The translations under genes were made by a program, and so were the position numbers. This document shows positions 13,561 to 24,305 of a stretch of DNA of 64,000 nucleotides, in pieces. The DNA lies in assembly GCA_951406725.2 (NCBI GenBank), contig OX597820.1, forward strand, positions 63,550,001-63,614,000. Direction: 5' to 3'. The notes below the pieces were generated by a model, which was not told the origin of the DNA, searched no databases, and saw nothing but the letters and a program-made list of their open reading frames with translations. Each line of letters begins with the position of its first letter. Position 1 is the first letter of the stretch. This DNA is from Octopus vulgaris (taxonomy: Eukaryota).

Positions 13561-14753
13561 ATTAAACTTCTTCCCTGGCAATAAAAGTCAAGGGCTTTTA
13601 TAGGACATAGCGAACGATAGATACATTTAGACTGTCAGAAGGCTTAAGGAAGCAAGATACAGAAGAAAAGTAATATTAGGCATTTTTTAAGATTTCTCTT
13701 CTGCCTCTTGCTTTTAATATTTCACGACACGTTTTGAATCTCTCACTACATTAACACGCTAGCCCAAATTTTATTAAACGTCTTACATTAAATAGTCTAA
13801 CTTCTTATAATATTTTTGAGGCCCTATCACAAATATTTACGTTTAATTTAGGTTCCGACATTTGATTTTCCACCACAGCTTCCTTTAAACGCAACATATA
13901 CAATATATGCTATCTAACCGGCTAATGAATCTGCTGTTCATATACTTGCCGTCTAGATGCTGTTGCATTTAAAATCTGATGAATCACTCTCGAACATCCA
14001 CAAGCTACCGAATTCAGCGAGGAGTCATTGGATATATAAATATAATACGGTGTACATTGTTCCTAGAAGTATTATTGGGATAGTCTAACCTTCAACTATT
14101 TTTGGACATAGATTTCTACTCGGAGAGTGCAACGGCTTCGAGCTAAATAACAATAACATGTCAAATCCAACGGTTCTACTTCAGACCCTAGAGAGTGATT
14201 GACTTAAACTTAACATGCTATATCTGTTTGTTCTGTAGTTTACTAACAGAAGTCTGTATTTATATCCCTGTATATTCTCTTTATTTAACGACGTGTAAAT
14301 ATAGGCCAAAATAAACAGGAAAGCACACACGCACAAACACACTCAATTATATTGGTGCACGAACAGTCTCTTTCTCGTATACTTACACAACATCTTCACA
14401 CATGTGGACAAGCTTGTAATAACATGCATTAGAATAAATGTCCCTGTTCAACCCCATAATTTAAATATATATTTTCGTACTTCGGTGCAAGAGTGCAAAT
14501 GTTGTATGCAATTACATATATGAAGAAAAAGAAAATACTCTTACAGATACACAAATCATAGCAGACTTCAGAACATTGGCTCACAAATATACGAACGAAC
14601 GAAAGGCTTTTATTATGACATCATATATCTCAAGTAGTAAATCTTATCTATTTGTATGTTCAGGTGTAAAGGAATCCATATATAAATAAACAAATATCTT
14701 TCTCTCGTATCATGTGGGTATGATATATCAGCATGTATGTAGATATGTGTGTG

Positions 14754-15135
<382 letters not shown>

Positions 15136-15195
15136 GTGTGCGGGGGCTTTACCATACTGGAACACCAGCTTGAAGTATATGTGTGTGTATCATAT

Positions 15196-15637
15196 ACTCT
15201 TTACTCTCTTTTACTCTTCTACTTGTTTCAGTCATTTGACTGCAGCTATGCTGGAGCAACGTCTTCAGTCGAGCAAATCGACCCTAGGACTTATTCTTTG
15301 TAAGCCTAGTACTTATTCTATCGGTTTCTTTTGCCGAACCGCTAGGTTACGGGGACGTAAACACACCAGCATCGGTTGCCAGGCGATGTGGGGGAGGGCC
15401 ACAAACACAGACACACAAACATATACACACACATACATACATACATACATAATATATATATATATATATATACATATATACGACGGGCTTCTTTCAGTTT
15501 CCGTCTACCAAATCCACTCACAAGGCTTTGGTCGGCCCGAGGCTATATTAGAAGACACTTGCTCAAGGTGCCACGCAGTGGGACTGAACTCGGAACCATG
15601 TGGTTTGTAAGCAAGTTACCGCACAACTACTCCTTCT

Positions 15638-15640
<3 letters not shown>
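15196..15640 (-). mobile_element. Full-length SINE family A
   Basis: Reverse complement of the 9733-10176 element along its whole length. Confidence 0.9.
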
Positions 15641-15674
<34 letters not shown>

Positions 15675-15708
15675 GAATACACACACATACACTAACAAAT
15701 ACACACAT

Positions 15709-15748
<40 letters not shown>

Positions 15749-15794
15749 ATACACAAGCATACGTACATCATGCTACTGCAAATTGTTTTAGGAG

Positions 15795-17400
15795 TGTATA
15801 CCGGACGGAGTAAGTGAGTTTATGAATTCAAATGGATAGTTCTGAAATTCCTCTTCCTTATAGCAGGCCACTTTATCTGTGCTTAAGTACATTTTAAGTG
15901 CCTATTCATCTATTGTAAGCCAGTCAGAATTCTTAGGAGATAAACTTCCCGTTTTTCCATTTCTTCTGGCGTGCATTTGTTGTAAATTTCTGGAACAAGT
16001 GATGTTTGATAGCAGGAAGAAATACGTACGTCAACAGTATGTAGTGGAACCTCTTGGAGGACACTGTTTAGGGAACCATTGTCAAGTAAAAATAGCCTCT
16101 TAGTAAATTCATGTTCATTAACATCTGCCCTCATATTTAGAGTTAACCTAAAGTGATGAAAATGATGCCATAAATGTGATCTTTTAATGCATGAATCAAT
16201 GATAGCTACTGGAGAAGCTCGGGGAACAAATGGAAGAGTTTGTCTGAAATCGCCCGCAAGTAGAATCATTTTTCCTCCAAAGACCGCATCGTTTCCCATT
16301 ATGTCTTTTAGGCACCTATTTATGGCATTTAAAGCATAACTGGGAATAATTGCTGCTTCATCTACTATGAAAACTTGTATGCATCTAAGAGCGATAGCGT
16401 GTTCTGAATCTGGTGGTACATTGCAAGCACTATTTTCTGTAAGTGGCACTGCTAACTTAAAGATGCTGTGAATAGTTTTGCCATTTGTCAATAGTATTGT
16501 TGCATTGTGACTTTATTGTTAATTCTTTTTTGCCTTTGTTGCACATGTTCCATACTTATGTGCCAACCACGTTCTCCATTGGGAAATAGTATTGGATAAA
16601 TCATAGGTTCTAAATGCTGCGAGAGATACGATATTTGTTGTTTTGTTCACCTCGTACAGTGATGAACTGGAGGTGCATCATCATCACCTACAAATACAGC
16701 TGCAATTTCATTATTAACAGGATTATTGTATCTCCTGGCATGTGGGCCTGATATGAAATGCTGAGTTGCTTTCCTCGAATTAACATTTTCTATAGCTGCC
16801 CTTGTCACTGCTTGCTCTTCAACAGTGCGCATATTTAAATATGCTGCAGTATATGGATTATTCAGCCTGAGTGAAGAAATCCTTTCAATTACTGACTGCA
16901 GGCAATTAATATTTTCAAGCACTTCAGCTATTGTTCGTAAGGCTTCTTTAGAAACAGCAATATAGAGCTGAGCTTATGTTGTAAGTTCATTGTTGCCAGG
17001 ATATAAGTTGCAAGTGGAAACAGTAGGGGCCACGACCAGGAGGTGATGTAACATTGGCTCAAATGAGGCGAATGAATACATTGAATTATAATTTCTGATG
17101 TTCTGTCAGCTCATTCCTTCAACGCCGGTATTCTCCAAAAGTTGTTTTAAATGGTCAACATATTCGTGTTTATTCGGCAAAGAAGCCTTACTATTGTGGC
17201 AACAATTAAATGTTTCCTGCGGAAATCTACTTGTGTGACAGAGCCGACATACTACGTTCATTTGAAAATTTTGTTTCTCTTTTATTATATTCCGCCTTGT
17301 TATTTGAGCTCTGTCTGTCATAACATAATTCTGTTTCAACTTCTTCCATATTCTCATCTTACTTGAACTCTGTTTCTCATATCTTGAAGGTAATTCTGCC
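15795..17400 (-). mobile_element. Helitron RepHel remnant: N-terminal region fused to PIF1-like helicase, Rep domain deleted
   Basis: N-terminal motifs CRLCHTSRFPQETFNCCHN, NNPYTAAY, RRYNNPVNNEIAAVFVG and EPMIYPILFPNGERGW. Helicase motifs GKTIHSIFKL, FIVDEA, FGGKMILLAGDFRQTLP, LTLNMRA and NYPFEFINSLTPSG. Many frameshifts. Confidence 0.92.
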
Positions 17401-17490
17401 TTTCATAAGTATAAAATATATTATATATATATATCTATATTAATATATATATATATCCATATTTATATATATATATACATATATACATTT

Positions 17491-17530
<40 letters not shown>

Positions 17531-17533
<3 letters not shown>

Positions 17534-18999
17534 TGATTGATTGATTCTAGTTTCAGCTCATGAGCTGTGGCCATGCTGGGGCACCGCCATTTGGTGTTGC
17601 TACATGGTTTTACTTCACGAATGCCTTTTAGCAACTGCCATTTGGTGCATGAAAGAGTTCGATGCAGCTGCCCTCATCTGCGCCTCCTGCCGTGAAGTTG
17701 GTTCATCTGGGATACCTGACAAGAAGAGATCCAGTTTCATTTTAAAGACATCTGCATCCACCCCATGCAGGTCTCTTAGGTTCTTCGGGAGGATATTGAA
17801 GAGATGTGGGCCTCGGAAGCCCAGGCTATCACAGTACCTTGTCCTACATCTTGATGGCAAATTTGGAGTCCTAGGCACCACGCAGTGGCGCCCAGTTCTG
17901 GCATTTGTGTAACTCTCGATGCCAAAGTTTGGGACAAGTCCCTCCAGGATCTTCCAGATGTATATTATGGCATATCTTTCTCGCCTACGCTCCAAGGAAT
18001 AGAGTTTTAATCTCTTGAGTCTTTCCCAGTTGCTTATATTCTGCATAGAGGCTATCTACTTCGTGTAGCTACGTTGGATCGCCTCAAGTTCTGTGATCAA
18101 CTTGACACTGGATGGTGACCATAGCTGAGAGCAATAGTCAATGTGGCTTAGGACAAGTGTCCTCCAGAGGACCATCATGGTTTCTTGTTCTCTTGTTCTA
18201 AAGGTTCTGAGAATCCATCCGGCCAGTCGTCTACATTTCATTGCCAATTTAGCAATATGTACACGAAAGGTTGCGTCATAACTCATGTAAATACCCAGGT
18301 CACGCACTGATTGTGCCTCTGGGATTGCAATTCCTCCGGGTCCAGTGTATTCATTGGGTATTGCATTTAGTTTTGCATGCTGATAGTATAAAGCTTGAAA
18401 CTTTTCAGCATTGAACTGCATGCTATTCTTTTCAGCCCACTTGTATATTTTGTCCAGCTCACATTGCAGGCGTTTAGTGTCCTCAGGGTTCTGTATTGCC
18501 TGTGAAACTTTTGTATCATCTGCATAACTTGTGATCGTGGCTCTCTGCGTGGCTGAGTGCATGTCTGAGAGGGCCATTATGAACAGTAGTGGTCCCAAAA
18601 CAGTGCCCTGCGGAACACCGTTCACTATTTGCGTGTTAATGGAAGTGGCCCCATTGGCTACCACCACCTGACTTCTATCTTTCAGAAAGTCATGAAGCCA
18701 TTCTCCCAGTTTTCCAACTATGCTAAGATCACGCAGTTTCTGACATATCATTCCATGATCGACTTTATCAAAGGCCTTTGCAAAGTCGAGATATATCACT
18801 TCCACATTTGAGTGGTTGAGCAGTCGTTTCAGCACCCAGTCATAGTGTTGTAGGAGCTGAGTTAAGCAGCTTCTTCCTGGTCGGAAACCATGTTGGGTGT
18901 CAGGCAGCAAGTCATTTTCTTCAAGGAAGGTGATCAGTTTCCTTCTGACTATTCGTTCCATGACCTTGCTGACGCGTGAGGTCAGAGAGATAGGTCTAT
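17531..18999 (-). mobile_element. 5'-truncated CR1-group non-LTR retrotransposon (RT domain, 3' UTR and (AATC)n tail) inserted in a (TA)n tract
   Basis: RT motifs YRPISLTS, QHGFRPGRSC, YLDFAKAFDKVDH, GVPQGTVLGPLLF and YADDTK. ORFs 18056..19165 and 17615..18046 are in the same frame, separated by a single TAG. The tail reads gaatcaatcaatcaatc. The N-terminal part of ORF 18056..19165 is microsatellite. Confidence 0.95.
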
Positions 19000-19018
19000 A
19001 TGTATATATGTGTATATA

Positions 19019-19125
<107 letters not shown>

Positions 19126-19646
19126 TTGTTAAGGAGGATAACAAGCGCTTAGACAAACATCTCAAGTCACATATACCTTATTATCAATAAAATATTTTAA
19201 GTCTTATAGCTGTATGTGACTTTAGATGAATGTCTTGCCTTCGAATTTGTTGTCCTGTTTAACAAAGATATATCCGTTATATCGGAAATATACAATGGTT
19301 CTGTAAGTCCCGTCTCGGCTCTAAGCTTGCAGCCCTGGTAATTCGTTACACCACTTACACACCGTATCTATCCTTTTAGATCACTTGTGAACTAAACCCC
19401 CATATTTTGTATTTGTCTGCACCAGCATGGCCGCAGTCAATTGCCTACAACAAGTAAAAGAACATATATATATATTTAGTCTGGGGAGAGTGGTTTAGTT
19501 TTAATGCCTTATCATTTAACACAGGCGTCAGTTCACCTTCCACTCATTAATTTTCTTTCCTAAAACTTTCGTTGCTTCTTGCAACCTTATCAATAGTTAA
19601 TTAATCTCTAAGAATCCATCTATCTATCTATTGTTCTACCTACCTG

Positions 19647-19679
<33 letters not shown>

Positions 19680-20237
19680 GAGTGTGTATGTAAATTTATA
19701 TACACATATATAGATATGTATTGGTGTGTGAGTGTGTGTGTGTATGTGTGTGTGCATGTGTGTCTGTGTGTGCGAGTGAGCGTATCTGTGTGTATGTGCG
19801 TGTGTGTGTGTGTGTGTGTGTGTTTATGCTAAAGAAATCAGATGAGGGAGTAATCCACTCAGATATAGTCAAATATAATATTTGTTTCGAAGTACAGAAA
19901 ATTCGAGTGGTTTTGTTTAAAAATAAAATCATCCTACGAAAGGAAATAATATGTTGTATACATGCATGTTTGAATATATATAAATGCGTAATCGGCATTT
20001 AAAAAAATAGCATTTTATACATGAAAGTTAAACTGATAGACCTTCGTGACGTGCAACACACATGAGTTGCATGCGAAAGGAACAACTTACTTATTACAGA
20101 GCAAATCGCCTGACAGTATTTTCTTAACGTATGCTCAGTTTAGTTATTTTTTTCTATTTGCTATATCATGATATTTTTATCGCTGTAAGTATTATTGAGT
20201 TAGAATTGTCATTTAACATTGTCGATAATGATAAACT

Positions 20238-20282
<45 letters not shown>

Positions 20283-20537
20283 TATACTTGTACATATATA
20301 ATATGTACTTTATTCTTCATTATAGGAAAGCATTCTACTAAGATTTGGAAGGTTGGAGAAAAAATATGGTGGCGGATATCATTCTTTTACACGCTTCAAT
20401 TATTTGCTTCCAGTCATTTTGGGGCAGCGCCTTGAAAGGTTTTAGCTGAAGAATTCGACCCTAGTACTGATCCTTTAAAGCCTAGAACTTGCTCATTTGC
20501 CGCCCTGTTAAGTTACGGGTACGTAAACACAACACTG

Positions 20538-20574
<37 letters not shown>

Positions 20575-20576
<2 letters not shown>

Positions 20577-20947
20577 TAATAATTATCACCAAGCTAATAT
20601 AGTATTCTAGAAATATAGGACGAATGCTGCCGTGGATTAGCTCCAAAAAGCCATCGCCTTTAGCTAAATATATGACACACGAACCTGTGTATATTATAAC
20701 CTTCGAACAGTGGAGCTCAGCCGCTTCCTGTTGCTCCTCAGGCATCTGCAGTCTTGTATCAGGATATTTGCCCCTTATCAATGCTCCGTAAAGGAAAGCA
20801 GCTGACGTCCCCTGTTCGAAGGTTCTAATGGACACAAGTTCGTATGTAACATAGTTAGCTAGAGGCGATGGCCTCTTGAAGCTAATCAACGGCAGCATTC
20901 GTTCTATATTTCCGGACTGCGATATTAGCTTGGCGATAACTATTAAT
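20575..20947. mobile_element. Foldback/MITE-like inverted repeat (~155 bp arms, ~60 bp spacer)
   Basis: 20575-20729 (attaataattatcaccaagctaatat...gaatgctgccgtggattagct...ccttcgaacag) is the imperfect reverse complement of 20792-20947. Confidence 0.8.
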
Positions 20948-21214
20948 ATCCAGTACCACACTGCCATGCCTAGCATAAACATTTCAAGAGTTTTAACATG
21001 AAAACTTCTAATATATTGGGAGGGTGATTACGTCGAGACACATTTCAATCTTACTTAGTGGAGAGAGGACACACCATTGAAGAGATCGGGAATGATAACG
21101 AAAGTTCTTTCTCAAACAACAGGCAACTTTTTGATTGATTGCTTAACCGACTGATTAAGGAAGCGATATATTAGTTGATTGGTTAAGTAACTGAAGAATT
21201 GATTAATAATGAAT

Positions 21215-22340
21215 TTAAATTAACGAGTGTGTGTTTGCATGTGTGTAGTGCCCGCGCGCTTATTATTAGCATATAATCCTCTCCAAGACGCAGCCAACTT
21301 TATTGCAATATATATTGCAGTAAAATCTAAGAAAAATTATACAAGAATGAATTATGAATGAGTTATTAAAAGCAATTGATATGTCTGTATTTATGCTATT
21401 ATTTCTATTATGCTGAACTGTCGTATATCCAAATTTGGCCAAATTCGTTTCTTTCAATATTTATTTTACCTGTAACAGCCAGTCCTTTGAGTGAAATTAT
21501 CGTATTTGCTCATACTATCGTATCTCCAGCTGCTTCAGGAGCCAAGGTACGAAAAATTGTCCAAGTGTAGTGCAACGGTTTTGCTATGGAATAGTGAAAC
21601 TACATTTTCGTTTTCCATAAAAGCAACGTTTTGGACTTACGACACTTTTCAATAATAGTAACAATGTACACATATATATCAAATACAAACTTATTCTTTA
21701 TGTTTTTTTAAAATCTGAAATGGCATATTTATATTGCCTTACGTAGCTAATTTTGTATTTTAATTTTTAACGCCAAAATTTTTGTATATAATTTATCATT
21801 GGTATCATGACACCACACGTTGATATCTGTCTTTTCTGTTTATCACTTTATTTTACTCTATTTCAAACTGATACGTTGCAATATATCAGAGAGGCGAAAT
21901 ATCTAAACAGAACAATTGGCAAATGATAATGTATTTGAATTAACCAGTGTGTGTGCGTGTGTGTGTGTGTGTGGTTATTACAGCCATATAAGCCTCCTCA
22001 AGACACAGCAAACTTTATTGCAATATATGAATGAATTCGAATTAAAATCTTGGAAAACTTATACAAGAATGAGTTATGAATAAATTATTAAAAGCAATAG
22101 ATACGTAGGTATGTATGTATGTTTTTATGTTTGTATATATAAAATATCTACAATGTTTTTCATCTTAAGTGGTATATTTACATTGCATTGCATCACTAAT
22201 TTTGTATTTGTATTTTCATTTTTAACTTCAATATTCGTGCATAATTTAACATTGGTGTCATGACACCACACGTTGGCATCAATCTTTTCTGCTTTTTTCC
22301 AACTTTATTTTACTCTATTGCAATGCAATCTGATATCTTG
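21215..22340 (+). repeat. Old diverged tandem duplication
   Basis: 21215-21385 matches 21935-22105 (caagac.cagc.aactttattgcaatatat...ttatacaagaatga). 21705-21880 matches 22155-22340 (catgacaccacacgttg). Confidence 0.8.
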
Positions 22341-22715
22341 TTTTTCACTTTACCTCCTAAGGAAAACAGGTTTATTTCAAAACTATTTTGAAATAGTTGA
22401 GTTTTCTTAGTGCACATTTACATGTTTTCCATATCTTCAGTCTATACACACCTTCAATCCCGAGATGCCATATTTTCTCAGAGTTGATACCATAACTGTA
22501 TATCATGCTACAAATGGTTAATACCCAACCTTAATTCGTTTCTGTCTCTTCCATGATCTAGATACCATCGGTGGAAACTGTAATTTATAAGGACATTATC
22601 AACGTCATCACATTATACCATAGCAAACTGGTACTCTTCCACTTAGTAGAAATATTCACCCATCTCTCCACCTTTCTGTACAGCGACCATAACTGTCTTC
22701 CCTTCTAACTGCTTT

Positions 22716-22921
22716 CAATTTTTGGCACACGTCCAGCAAGTCGGTGAGGAGGGTGAGTGGGTTACATCGACCCCAGTACTTGACTGGCATTTATTTTATC
22801 GTACCCCGAAAGGATGAAAGGCAAAGTTGACCTCAGCAGAATTTGAACTCAGATCGTAAAGACTGATGAAATCTGCCGAGTATTCTGTCCAGCGTGCTAA
22901 CGTTTCTGCCAGTTTGCAGCC
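22716..22921 (-). mobile_element. SINE family B
   Basis: Reverse complement reads ggctgcaaactggcagaaacgttagcacgctgg...gagttcaaattc...tttgcctttcatcctttcgggg, matching 58727-58935. Confidence 0.85.
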
Positions 22922-23049
22922 ATTTCTACAGTTGTAATTTACTAGCTTTCTATTAATCAATTATTGTGTTCAAGCTGCTATTAATTTACTTATTTGTATT
23001 TCATTATTTTCGTTCTTAATTCTATATAAATTCTACTAGTTCTATTAAT

Positions 23050-23498
23050 GTGGCTGTGTGGTAAGGAGCTTGCTTACCAACCACATGGTTCCAGGTACAT
23101 TCCCACTGTGTGGTACCTTGGACAATTGTTTTCTACTATAGCCGCGGGTCGACCAAAGCCTTGTGAGTGGATTTGCTAGACGGAAACTGACAGAAGCCCG
23201 TCGTATATATGTATATATATATATGTTTATGTATATATTTGTGTGTCTGTGCTTGTCCCCGCAGCATCGCTTGACAGCAGATGTCAGTGTGTTTAAGTCC
23301 CCCGATAGAATAAGTGCTAAGTTTACAAAGAATAAATCCTGGGGTGGATTCGCTCGAATTTGTCGAAAAAACCGACCCAAGTACTTAGTCTTTGTAAACC
23401 TAGTATTTATTCTATCGGTCTCATTTGTCGAACCGCTAAGTTACGGTTACATAAACACACGAACATCAGTGTAAATCATGGTGGGAGGACAAACAAAG

Positions 23499-23589
<91 letters not shown>

Positions 23590-23715
23590 CATAAAATCCG
23601 CTCACAAAGCTTTGGTCGATCCGATGTTATAGTAGAAGGAACTTGCCCCAGGCGCCATGCATTGTTACTGAAACCGGAACACTATGGTTAAGAAGCAAGA
23701 TCCTTAGCACAGAGA
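23050..23715. mobile_element. Two SINE family A copies in tail-to-tail inverted orientation
   Basis: A + copy at 23050-23357 and a - copy at 23362-23715 meet at tcgctcgaatttgtcgaaaaaaccga. Confidence 0.8.
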
Positions 23716-24226
23716 CACATGTACACACGCACACACACACGGATACACACATATATACATATACATACATACATACATACATACATACATACAAACATAC
23801 GTACAAACATACATATGTATATATTGGGTATATACACACACAATTTCTTTCTCTCTTTTTTTTTTTCTCTCTCTCTCTGTCTCTCACGCACACGCTCAAA
23901 CATGCACACGCAGAGTTATTGTTGTGTTGATAGTATTATCCTGGGAAGCTACACTCTGCCATAGATGCAATATATATGTACAGCTAAGAAGCAGGGTATT
24001 TAAGAGAGAAACGGATAAATATACCGTATCTTTGTATATCTCTTCCTAGAAAGAAGAAAAAAGGAAATCTGACGGAATCGTCCTATTCTCTCATTTCAGA
24101 TTTCATCTGTTACTGATTTCCAAATTTAACTGACCAAGTGGTCACACATCATGTACAGATAGGTAGTGTTTTATCTAAGTGCGTATTCAGACAAGCACGC
24201 CCACACACACAGACCTCGCACGCATA

Positions 24227-24305
<79 letters not shown>

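Noticed and set aside
15910-16491. Host PIF1 helicase gene
   Set aside because: It is embedded in frameshifted Helitron N-terminal motifs, is intronless and is truncated at both ends.
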